Positions 18,644 to 27,201 of a stretch of DNA of 64,000 bases are shown in pieces. The notes under the pieces were generated by a model, which saw only the letters and a program-made list of their open reading frames with translations, was not told the origin of the DNA and did no database searches. The stretch is taken from NCBI GenBank assembly GCA_963849385.1, contig CAWKHH010000003.1, forward strand, positions 419,974 to 483,973, read 5' to 3'. The translations under genes were made by a program, and so were the position numbers. The DNA is from Ignavibacteriota bacterium (GTDB taxonomy: Bacteria; Bacteroidota; Ignavibacteria; UBA10030; UBA6906). Each line of letters opens with the position of its first letter. The first letter of the stretch is position 1.

Positions 18644-21490
18644 CTACCACTCGCACAGTGATTGCACATACTCCGCTGACCCATCTCTGAGCCAGCCATC
18701 CATCTGCGCCGGCTCCTTGAGCTGCTGGCCCCGCTCCCGCGGGACGACAATATATGAGCATTGGAGATCGGAAAGCGTTGTCATATCCCCCCAGAGTTTT
18801 TCGTACTGGAGAGTGGGGTACACATCTTCCTGCCCTTTGCCCCACCGCTTCTTCACGTTCTTCAGCGTAATGTACGTCGGCATGCGGGAGGCAACAGAAC
18901 GCACGGCGTCTGTCACCTTCGTTGAGCTACTCAAATCGGCACGCACGAGTCCGAACACGCCGAGCATCCGATCCAGATCGATCCAGTACGTTGCAGAGTT
19001 GTAGTACGAAAGCACAAATTCATACTCTTCACGGGGGAGCGCGAGCCCCTCGATCAACCGGATTCTCCCGTCAGTCCTTGCCAGCCCGCCCCCGCGATCA
19101 TCCAATCTCCGGGTGATGACCTCTACGGTCATGCCGGCGTTGCTTTCAATGTGGTGCCCGAGGATGGCAGGATCGATGTTGGCGCCCATGGTGTCGATAT
19201 TGTGGACAAGGATGTGCTTCAACTTCGGGTGCGTGTCGAGCAGTCGCAGCAGCACACCATTGCGCAAGAGGTTAGGTATCTCGTACCAATGTCCTACAGG
19301 ATTGAGGCACTGCGAAGGGACATTATCGGTATAGTCGCTGGCCTCACCACTTCGTTCAGCCCACTCCATCAACGACGAGCGAAGGCTGTCGAGCACTTTT
19401 TGGGCCTGTTCATCGAGCAGCTGTTGGGGCATCTCATGCCATGCAAAGCGAAGGTCCTGTACCGTCGGAATCACCCGCAGTCCGATGATGCTGCCGGGTG
19501 AGAGATGCACATCGCCTGCATAGCCGTGGTTCTGCACACCTTCAAGATACCGTTTGATCGCATCGTGAGTGAGGTACCCTGTCGCAATAATATGGGGGAT
19601 TTTCGTCCTGAAGAGTTTCATCGTTCTGCGGCTCTTCGCCAGGTGCGTTTCAATGAATGTCCGGTGTGCGCCCCCTATGCGGCAAAACGGGTTCAGGGCC
19701 TTGACTGTTCCTGCACCTTTCGTCCACCGGCTTCCGGCACCAGCGGCAAGCGTCAGCACACCTATTGTCCCTGATGTGATTGCGTCAGATCCGATTGATT
19801 CATACCTCGCCGACGAGAGACCGGAGTAATTGGCAACATCCTCTTCTTCAACATCCGCAATTGTCGTGCTGATGGGAATTCGATTTTGGGCAAGTCCAAT
19901 ACGCCCGCTCCGCAAGTCTGCTTTGATTTGTTCATGCTGGACCCGGTCAAATCCGTACCGTTCCAGCAACTCCGCGAGTGACTGGTGCTGGTTGGTTTGC
20001 GTGCCTCCCTCCGGCAGGATGCGGTCAAAGATCTGCTGCAACATTCCCTCCAATGAGGGATTGGTCCTGCACGCTGACGAGAAATGCTCCAATTCGTTCC
20101 GCTGATCGGACGAAATGCTCAGTGGGTCCCTTCGAAGGAGCGATGGAACGGTGAGGGCATAGTACTGCTGAGGCAACACGGCCCCCTCCCCGGCAAGGAG
20201 CTCTGATGATGATCCCTGTTCATTCACTGCAAAATCGTACACGACAGGCTCCATCGCGAAGGGAATCCCGTGTTCATATCGCGCCTTTTCCGTTCGCATG
20301 ATTTCCCGCAAGCGAATCCGTGCCTCACTCTTGCGTGATGGATCGAAAAGAAACCCCATCCCTCCACCTGACATCCCGCCGAGCATCCAGAACCCCCAGA
20401 AATCCTTCCCGAACTCTCTGGCGGCAGACGCAATGATCGATTCGGTGTACAGATTTGTCGCCCAGGGGATGATGGTCTGGATCGGACCCAGAAAATTCTG
20501 GTGCGTGGACTCCCCCAGAGCGCGGATGTCCCCCTTTCGCAGCTGCGATACAATCTGATCGAATAGAGCCAGCGCCTGTTGTCTTCCCTTCCATTCTGCG
20601 TCCGAACGAAGCAAATAGCGTTCAGTGACCATTTCCAGGATAGGGCCGACGTCTTGCGCCATTCCGCCATGGACAAGAATAAGACTTTCCTGCAGTTTTG
20701 TGCGTGTTTCGTTCGAGACCTCGTTTTGCCGGAGAATCGTGTGACGGGGCAACAAGCACCCGCGGCTGACGCCATACTCAGTATCACCCTCTTTGCTGCA
20801 CACTCCCTGAATGAGCTTGATGCCAGGCCACACACCTCCGGAATCCTGCCAGCCTCCGCCGGACCCGCTAAGCCATTCGCCAAGGATTGCCCTGGCGGCA
20901 ACAGTGCGCCGCTCGGTTTCCGTCATTGTGCCGGTGAGCGACGCTATCTGTCCGGTGGCGCGCATGCAGACGGTAATAATAGAAGCGAGGAGCGTTGTTG
21001 ACACTGCCAGACGGGATCCCTTGGGGATGCCATTCACCTGGCTCACAATCTCAATTCCTAATCCCGGTCCGATCAAGCGTGATAAGAGATCCGCAAGGGG
21101 CTGATTCGCACCTTCCATGCTGGGAGGAACGATGCCCGAAGCGATAACAGCACCTTTGAGCAAACCGAGATAGTCAGCAGCATAGTCAAAGAGCTGGCCG
21201 AATGACGCAACCTCGGTGACAGCACCAAGGTCAGTGCTCACAAGGCGGATTACCGGCGTATCAATGATTCTGAAATAGGCTTCGACGGGTGGCCGGGGAT
21301 GTTGCTCCCCATCGTTTTCCCTGACAGCAAGATCGATCGAAATATTCAGGACGCGTGCCCCCTCCGGAAAATCCATACCCAGGAAAAAAATATCGCTCCA
21401 GCCACTGTGCGAGAGATCCATCCTCACAGGAGTGGATTCGTGAAGGAGAGGAAAGAGTCCGGCTGTTTTCCGGAGCAGTGACGGGGACAA
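18644..21490 (-). CDS. Bifunctional sugar-1-kinase (GHMP family, N-terminal) / UDP-sugar pyrophosphorylase (UDPGP family, C-terminal) fusion, 948 aa
   Basis: GHMP motifs: IPKGSRLAVSTTLLASI (motif II-like), GGGWQDSGG, GGMSGGGMGFLFD (motif III-like). UDPGP motifs: VLTLAAGAGSRWTKGAGTVKALNP and VHNIDTMGANIDPAILGH. The frame opens with TTG, and the N-terminus probably continues into ORF 21261..21962. Confidence 0.7.
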   Translation of the reverse strand: MSPSLLRKTAGLFPLLHESTPVRMDLSHSGWSDIFFLGMDFPEGARVLNISIDLAVRENDGEQHPRPPVEAYFRIIDTPVIRLVSTDLGAVTEVASFGQLFDYAADYLGLLKGAVIASGIVPPSMEGANQPLADLLSRLIGPGLGIEIVSQVNGIPKGSRLAVSTTLLASIITVCMRATGQIASLTGTMTETERRTVAARAILGEWLSGSGGGWQDSGGVWPGIKLIQGVCSKEGDTEYGVSRGCLLPRHTILRQNEVSNETRTKLQESLILVHGGMAQDVGPILEMVTERYLLRSDAEWKGRQQALALFDQIVSQLRKGDIRALGESTHQNFLGPIQTIIPWATNLYTESIIASAAREFGKDFWGFWMLGGMSGGGMGFLFDPSRKSEARIRLREIMRTEKARYEHGIPFAMEPVVYDFAVNEQGSSSELLAGEGAVLPQQYYALTVPSLLRRDPLSISSDQRNELEHFSSACRTNPSLEGMLQQIFDRILPEGGTQTNQHQSLAELLERYGFDRVQHEQIKADLRSGRIGLAQNRIPISTTIADVEEEDVANYSGLSSARYESIGSDAITSGTIGVLTLAAGAGSRWTKGAGTVKALNPFCRIGGAHRTFIETHLAKSRRTMKLFRTKIPHIIATGYLTHDAIKRYLEGVQNHGYAGDVHLSPGSIIGLRVIPTVQDLRFAWHEMPQQLLDEQAQKVLDSLRSSLMEWAERSGEASDYTDNVPSQCLNPVGHWYEIPNLLRNGVLLRLLDTHPKLKHILVHNIDTMGANIDPAILGHHIESNAGMTVEVITRRLDDRGGGLARTDGRIRLIEGLALPREEYEFVLSYYNSATYWIDLDRMLGVFGLVRADLSSSTKVTDAVRSVASRMPTYITLKNVKKRWGKGQEDVYPTLQYEKLWGDMTTLSDLQCSYIVVPRERGQQLKEPAQMDGWLRDGSAEYVQSLCEW

Positions 21491-21962
21491 CGCGCAACGG
21501 AAGATCAGACGGATGCCCGGCCCTGAACATCCACTGGTTTCCCCTCACCGCGCGCACGCTGGCGCGCACTTGATTTGCCAGCGTTTGAAAGCCCAGGCTG
21601 CGATATGCCGCCGCAAGAGCGCTCGAAATGCCATCACTGGGTCCGGTCGCGGACTGAACATCGAGAAACCGTTGAATTGCTTCCTCAAAACGGCGATGCA
21701 GGAGATCTTCATACCCGCTGAACGAAATCAGTCCCCGGGATGGCAGCCCATGTTTGGTCGGGATGTGAAAGCGGTGGATCGCATACAGAAAGAAGAGCGC
21801 ACGGACCTGCTCGTAGAGATTCCCGCTGGTGTGCCGGAAGTCCTCAAGGGACCGGCACTCACTCAGCAATTCCTCAAGTGATGCCGAGTGGCAGAACGCA
21901 TCCAGCGCTTGATCACGGGTGGCCTGATCCTCAGCCGTGATAATCGCAGTCAGCGCGCTCAT
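21261..21962 (-). CDS. Hypothetical protein, 233 aa. Its 3' 230 nt overlap the kinase/pyrophosphorylase ORF in another frame. It may be the frameshifted N-terminal extension of that gene.
   Basis: The first ~150 aa look protein-like. The last ~70 aa are low-complexity junk, while the overlapping frame is protein-like. ATGA overlap with the upstream galU-like gene. Confidence 0.4.
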   Translation of the reverse strand: MSALTAIITAEDQATRDQALDAFCHSASLEELLSECRSLEDFRHTSGNLYEQVRALFFLYAIHRFHIPTKHGLPSRGLISFSGYEDLLHRRFEEAIQRFLDVQSATGPSDGISSALAAAYRSLGFQTLANQVRASVRAVRGNQWMFRAGHPSDLPLRVVPVTAPENSRTLSSPSRIHSCEDGSLAQWLERYFFPGYGFSGGGTRPEYFDRSCCQGKRWGATSPATRRSLFQNH

Positions 21963-22828
21963 GCCTTGTTCCTTTCGTCGGCGTGATGTTCGCGAAGCAG
22001 GAGCATCTCCATGAGCATCGAAAGTACTTCGTGCCGATCCTCCCCGCTGAGGGCAAGGGCAAGCTGCGCGTTGAGCAAACCATACTTGACACCCATATTG
22101 TAGCGATAATCGCTCATCTCCAGCGCAAGGTACTTCTCTCGTTGCGCAAGCTGATGCAGAGCACTGGAGATGGTTGCCAGACGCTGGTCCGGACTGTTTG
22201 CGAGATCATGATCCAGAATATCCATCACGCCGGGTGTCAACACATGAATGCCAAAGAAGCAGAGGTAGTAGCCCGCCCGCAATCCGGGGACGATCAACCG
22301 CTGTTCCGCTTCTGTGGGTGTGGGCTTTTCGATGACGGTGTCAATTGTGTAGAGATCATTCCTGCCGTGAACCCGCTTGCCGCTCACCGTACCGAAATTC
22401 GGCAGCAGACCCTCACGCGTCGCCTGCACTGCCGAGATCGCACATGACTCTGTCTGCGCGACTTCCACGATACGCTGTGCGCACCCCTTCTCCATCCTGC
22501 TCACATAGAGGTGATCGCCGATGAGATGAAGAAACGGTTCTTTGCCGGCGAACTCCCTGGCACACCACACGGCATGACCGTATCCCCGGGGTTCCTTCTG
22601 ATGCACGAACGACAGATGCCGCGAATGATCACCTGCAACGGAGCGAAACGCGACCTCATCATCAGGATGAATGACTATGCACGTGTCACTGATGCCGGCC
22701 CGTGCCACCTCTTCAATGATCACACTCAGGACCGATTTCTGCTGGCCATCGCGATCGATGAGTGTCTGGAGAGGAAGCTGCCGCTGTCCCTTGCCGGCCG
22801 CAGTGATGATTGCCTTTTGGATCTTCAT
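21959..22828 (-). CDS. Sugar-1-phosphate nucleotidyltransferase (UTP-glucose-1-phosphate uridylyltransferase GalU-like)
   Basis: [19 protein letters not shown] nucleotidyltransferase G-loop; [10 protein letters not shown]...GYYL motif. Start moved to MKIQ (residue 24 of the listed ORF). Confidence 0.75.
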   Translation of the reverse strand: MKIQKAIITAAGKGQRQLPLQTLIDRDGQQKSVLSVIIEEVARAGISDTCIVIHPDDEVAFRSVAGDHSRHLSFVHQKEPRGYGHAVWCAREFAGKEPFLHLIGDHLYVSRMEKGCAQRIVEVAQTESCAISAVQATREGLLPNFGTVSGKRVHGRNDLYTIDTVIEKPTPTEAEQRLIVPGLRAGYYLCFFGIHVLTPGVMDILDHDLANSPDQRLATISSALHQLAQREKYLALEMSDYRYNMGVKYGLLNAQLALALSGEDRHEVLSMLMEMLLLREHHADERNKA

Positions 22829-22893
22829 GGGAAAATTCTCACGAGTAATGAGTGGCGTACTTTTCCATCGCATCCATGAGAGCCCTGACATTT

Positions 22894-23895
22894 TCAAGGG
22901 GTACGCCCGGATAGAGTCCGTAGATCATCATCAGTCCGCCCTTCTGTTGAGCCAAGGCTCCGAACTTCGGTGAGGATCAGGTTGTCAATCTGCACCGGTG
23001 TTCCGCGCGCCGTGATATGCTGCCGGTCAATATCCAGATCGATGCAGACCCGACCGGACAACCGTTCTGCGATCCACTCTACGCCGTTCACCGTGTCCTG
23101 CAGGTTGATGACATCGACACCGCCGTCAATCAGGTCGTCAACCAGGGTCCGGATGTCGCCATCGGAATGCATATGCACGATGCATCCCCGGTCGCGAGCG
23201 GGTCTCATGAGCCGCTGATAGACCGGTTTGATGTACTTCCGGAAGTTGTCCGGTGACAATAAAGGGCCGATCTGCATTCCAAGATCTTCCGGGTAACTCA
23301 TGATATCCGGACCCAGTTCCATCCATCTCAGCACACACTCGTGGTTGAACTCTTCGAGCATGTCGATGAGTTTACGGAGCCGGAGATCTTCATCCATCAT
23401 GTCGAGAATGAGACGCTCGTACCCCCTGATATACAGAAGGCGTAAGAAGGTGTGTCCATGAGGCAGTCCGCCACAGACCAGCTCCCCTTTGGCCTTGAGT
23501 CCCGACACATCCGCATGGATGGCTTGCCAGTCAACGGGGAAAATACCGTCGGTGACGTTTGGATCGGGAGATCGGTACGATACGAAGTTGCTCCAGTCTG
23601 CCAGGGGGTGTTGATGCACTGACCCTGTGATTCCGTCGTCCGTTGTTTCCCACACACACCCCCATGGATCTGTGTACGGTTGGTCCTTTCGCGCGTCCAC
23701 ACTGTACTCCGGCCTCACAGATCCCTGCCTTCTGAAATCCGGAAAGAGAAGTTGATGCCCTTCCATCAGGTCCTGCAAGGCCGCCTGATCATAGTGGTGC
23801 CAGCACGCCGGGTTGATATGAAACACCATGGGAATACGCTCCGGCCGCTCAAACCGGATTGCCCTCAGCACAGTGTCGCGGTGGTTCATAGACAT
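22894..23895 (-). CDS. Uroporphyrinogen-decarboxylase (URO-D)-like family protein; function in this sugar context unknown
   Basis: [24 protein letters not shown]-terminus plus URO-D/MtaA-like core. The C-terminal 30 aa look degenerate. Overlaps the downstream gene in an ATGA. Confidence 0.65.
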   Translation of the reverse strand: MSMNHRDTVLRAIRFERPERIPMVFHINPACWHHYDQAALQDLMEGHQLLFPDFRRQGSVRPEYSVDARKDQPYTDPWGCVWETTDDGITGSVHQHPLADWSNFVSYRSPDPNVTDGIFPVDWQAIHADVSGLKAKGELVCGGLPHGHTFLRLLYIRGYERLILDMMDEDLRLRKLIDMLEEFNHECVLRWMELGPDIMSYPEDLGMQIGPLLSPDNFRKYIKPVYQRLMRPARDRGCIVHMHSDGDIRTLVDDLIDGGVDVINLQDTVNGVEWIAERLSGRVCIDLDIDRQHITARGTPVQIDNLILTEVRSLGSTEGRTDDDLRTLSGRTP

Positions 23896-24013
23896 GAAGC
23901 GGACATCAGGTAAGACCACTTTCCTTTTCAATAAGCACAAACAGTATTTGCCAAACAAGAGCCATCCCACCTCCGCTGCGGAGGGCCGCTGGTTTCGGCG
24001 CAGTCAGCAACCC

Positions 24014-24610
24014 CTAGAAAAGCAACGGAACGAACATCTTGGTCCGCCTCATGTACTCCTCGTAGGTTGCACCAAAGTACCGGACGCACTCGGCTTCATC
24101 TGCTTTCGCCGTCGCCACAAGGCACAGCGTTGCCACCATCACCAGGCAGACCGAATACCAGGTCACCTCTTTCAGGAACGCCCCCCACGCAAGAAAGAGC
24201 AATGATCCGTACAAAGGGTGACGGATGTACCGGTATATCCCGGACGTCACCAGAGCCGACGTCTTCTCGAACGACAGCAAAGTAGCGTCCTGACGATGGC
24301 TGTCCGGTTTGCCGGCTACCTGTATCAGATAGAGTCCCTGTGCCAACAAGATCAGAGACACAGTCAAGAAAACCCAAGACAGGATTTGGAGAATCGACAA
24401 CGGCTCAGAGAACCATGCTCGACTGTTGATCAGAATGAGCGCAAGGATCGCTTCCCACGTAAAGAATCGGTAGAAACCGTGAGAACGAGGAACGCGCAGT
24501 GATTGCCGCGACACGTAGAGAAGCCAACCAGAGACGAGGGCAAACACTGCCAGTGTGAGCATTTCGCTTCTCATTCCGCACCAAGTCTTCGGTTTGTCTT
24601 CCGAACCCAC
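24014..24610 (-). CDS. Isoprenylcysteine carboxyl methyltransferase (ICMT/PEMT) family membrane methyltransferase
   Basis: Multiple TM helices; GIYRYIRHPLYGS...EE..L...FG..YEEYMRRT signature. Confidence 0.8.
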   Translation of the reverse strand: MGSEDKPKTWCGMRSEMLTLAVFALVSGWLLYVSRQSLRVPRSHGFYRFFTWEAILALILINSRAWFSEPLSILQILSWVFLTVSLILLAQGLYLIQVAGKPDSHRQDATLLSFEKTSALVTSGIYRYIRHPLYGSLLFLAWGAFLKEVTWYSVCLVMVATLCLVATAKADEAECVRYFGATYEEYMRRTKMFVPLLF

Positions 24611-25137
24611 CGTGGAGCCGAATCGATTTTCTGCCTGAGAATCAGGTTCAGTTGCCCCGCATGATGCTGGACGTGCCGCATATTGTACAGAAGCGACTCC
24701 TCCACACTTATGTCCAGCCAGTCAAATCCGCAACGTCGATTCGCTCTCTCTTGCGACATGGCCGCAATCGTCACCCGACACTTCTCGCGGCCATGCTCAA
24801 GATACTTCTGCAACTCCTGTTTCGCATATGCCCGTTCGGGAAGCAATCCCCGCTCATCCAATTCATCAAGCGTGAATGGCGCAGGAGGAGAAAATCCCGC
24901 ATCCGAATCGGACAAATACAGGTCGAGAAAGAACAGCGTGTGAAACACCACATACCAGAACTCTGGCCGCTGAGACCGGTCGCCCCAAAGATCCTCGGGA
25001 CAAGCGCGCATGGCATTCTCGAGCATGTCGATGGATGCCCCGAACTGCTGCCAGATAATTGTCTTCTTCGTCGTTTCCACTAAGCCATTCTCCCTCATTT
25101 CAGGAACTGTAGGAACTCCACCGGCGCCCCATCGCAA
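24571..25137 (-). CDS. DinB/YfiT-like family protein
   Basis: WQQFGASIDMLENAMRACPEDLW and MRHVQHHAGQL (DinB_2-type His motifs). Confidence 0.65.
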   Translation of the reverse strand: MRWGAGGVPTVPEMRENGLVETTKKTIIWQQFGASIDMLENAMRACPEDLWGDRSQRPEFWYVVFHTLFFLDLYLSDSDAGFSPPAPFTLDELDERGLLPERAYAKQELQKYLEHGREKCRVTIAAMSQERANRRCGFDWLDISVEESLLYNMRHVQHHAGQLNLILRQKIDSAPRWVRKTNRRLGAE

Positions 25138-25424
25138 ACAACAAATGCTACGATAACACCATCTGAAGGGCTGTTCGGCTGTATGAGTATCTCCTGCCCG
25201 GAGAGCGCCTGCTGCAGATCATCCACCTCGAATGCCACGTGCGCAACGGTCTTCACCAACTCCGGGACCGGAGAACCCGCCTCGTACCGCATCCACTGAA
25301 TGCCACAGGGGTTGATCTCGTGATCGGTACAGAAGATTTTGTACTTCTCGAGGTATGTCTCCCCGGGCTGTGGTGTCTGCGTAGGGAGACCGATGTGATG
25401 GTACTTCATCAAGTGATGCCTCAT
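25095..25424 (-). CDS. VOC (glyoxalase/bleomycin-resistance) family protein
   Basis: HHIGLPT...VAHVAFEVDDL pattern; 109 aa. Confidence 0.65.
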   Translation of the reverse strand: MRHHLMKYHHIGLPTQTPQPGETYLEKYKIFCTDHEINPCGIQWMRYEAGSPVPELVKTVAHVAFEVDDLQQALSGQEILIQPNSPSDGVIVAFVVCDGAPVEFLQFLK

Positions 25425-25482
25425 CCGTTATGTTGAGAGCGGCCCGGCAAATGCGTCCCCCACCCCTGGCGGGACCTGAAAT

Positions 25483-26055
25483 TCATCGGCGGGCCGCACC
25501 GAAGAACCGCTCGTTCAGTGCAATTCCGGACCCGACGGCACAACCGATCAACACCCCGAAGAATGCGGTAGTCGATGCGAGACTCACGACATTCCCCCCG
25601 CCGTCCTCCATTGCAAAGCTCCGCAGGATGCCAAGGTAAATTTCAGAAACAATAATGTAGACAATGCCATAGATCCCGGCGATCAGAAATGCGGGGCGTG
25701 CATAGTTGAGAGGTACATCTTTTCTGAAATATTTGAAGTACACGAAGATGCTCACACAAATGCCCCCGACATAGAAGATGTCCCGGAGAATATATGCGGG
25801 TCGTGTCGATGCAGTAGTCAGAAAGGTCAGAAAAAGCAGAATGATTGCCCCAAGGGCTGCATCACGCAGCCGTACATACACCAGGAGATAATAGAACACC
25901 GACGCAACAACCCCGCTCCAAACAAACTGGAACGCTCCGTAGAGGCGATTGAACACATTTTCCTGATAGAAGACGAAGCCTACCGCAACGGTGCACAACA
26001 CCGGCACGATACTGTGCAGAATGAACTGCTCTGTTTTCGATCTGGATTTGGTCAT
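25483..26055 (-). CDS. Hypothetical integral membrane protein (5-6 TM helices)
   Basis: Hydrophobic segments throughout; no recognisable family. Confidence 0.5.
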   Translation of the reverse strand: MTKSRSKTEQFILHSIVPVLCTVAVGFVFYQENVFNRLYGAFQFVWSGVVASVFYYLLVYVRLRDAALGAIILLFLTFLTTASTRPAYILRDIFYVGGICVSIFVYFKYFRKDVPLNYARPAFLIAGIYGIVYIIVSEIYLGILRSFAMEDGGGNVVSLASTTAFFGVLIGCAVGSGIALNERFFGAARR

Positions 26056-26091
26056 TGTCAGAACCTCCGGGAATGACGATCTTCATTATGC

Positions 26092-27159
26092 CTATTTCCC
26101 CCCGACACCCAGATAGTTTCCATAGCCGACAACTATCGTCGAGAGCACGAGAGTACCCAGGCCGATCATAAGCGTTCTTCTCGTGGATGGGCTGCTTCCC
26201 GACCATTCTTTCAGCGCAATGCCCCATAACGAGCTGAAGATGATGATGCTTGCCATGTGGATCGTCCAACTCGAGAACTTGTACTCTCCCATCTGTGTCT
26301 CGCCCATCGTATAAAAGAAGAACTGCATGTACCACACAATCCCCGCGAGCGCACTGAAGAGGTAGTTGCGAAGCATCGGAACGCGTTCAGGGCCGTCAGC
26401 CTTGAAATACTGAAGGCCCGTCCGGTTCCTGATGTTGAGACTGACACACCAGAGGGCGTTCGTTGTGAATCCTCCCAGCAGAACAACGCAGAGTTTTGGC
26501 AACCCCGTCCAGAGTGCCGAAGTGCCGTGCTTCGCCGAAAGTTCAGCAATCGGCGCCGCGGCGTCCAATCCATAAGCGAAGCAAGCGCTCATGATGCCCG
26601 AGAATGTGGCTACCAGAATTCCTTTTGTGAAATTAAACTCCTTAATGGTGGCCTTCTTCTGGTCATCAGTCATTTCCTTCTCTTTTGACCTCCCCGCCAG
26701 ACCCGCGATGGCAATGCCAAGGAGACAGATCAGAACACCGAAAAGAATTATCAGCCCGGATGTTGTGCCCAGAACTTTGCTGACAAATTCTCCATGGAAT
26801 ATTGGGGGGATCAACGTCCCGAATGCCGCGCAGTATCCTAACGCCACTCCCATACCCAACGAGAGACCGAGATACCGTATCGTCAATCCAAATGTCAGGC
26901 CGCCTACTCCCCACATAGCCCCCCAGAAATATGCCCAGAGTATGCTTTCGCGCGGGGCTTCACCGAGCGTCGCGATTAATGCACTCGTATTGAGAGAGGC
27001 CATGATCCAGGGCGCAATAATCCAGCTGAAAACGCCTCCAACAAGCCAGTACACCTCCCATGCCCAGTTCCGTACCCCCCGGTAGGGAACATAGAAACTT
27101 CCGGAAGCCAGTCCGCCAAGCCAGTGGAAAAATACTCCAAGAAACGGATTGGAAATCAT
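26092..27159 (-). CDS. rhaT: L-rhamnose/proton symporter
   Basis: 355 aa, 10 TM helices, RhaT-family sequence (FHWLGGLASGSFYVPY...WAYFWGAMWGVGGLTFG). Confidence 0.85.
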   Translation of the reverse strand: MISNPFLGVFFHWLGGLASGSFYVPYRGVRNWAWEVYWLVGGVFSWIIAPWIMASLNTSALIATLGEAPRESILWAYFWGAMWGVGGLTFGLTIRYLGLSLGMGVALGYCAAFGTLIPPIFHGEFVSKVLGTTSGLIILFGVLICLLGIAIAGLAGRSKEKEMTDDQKKATIKEFNFTKGILVATFSGIMSACFAYGLDAAAPIAELSAKHGTSALWTGLPKLCVVLLGGFTTNALWCVSLNIRNRTGLQYFKADGPERVPMLRNYLFSALAGIVWYMQFFFYTMGETQMGEYKFSSWTIHMASIIIFSSLWGIALKEWSGSSPSTRRTLMIGLGTLVLSTIVVGYGNYLGVGGK

Positions 27160-27201
27160 GGTCCTAGAGATCCTCCTCGATGTGGCTGCTGTTGATTCGG
27201 A

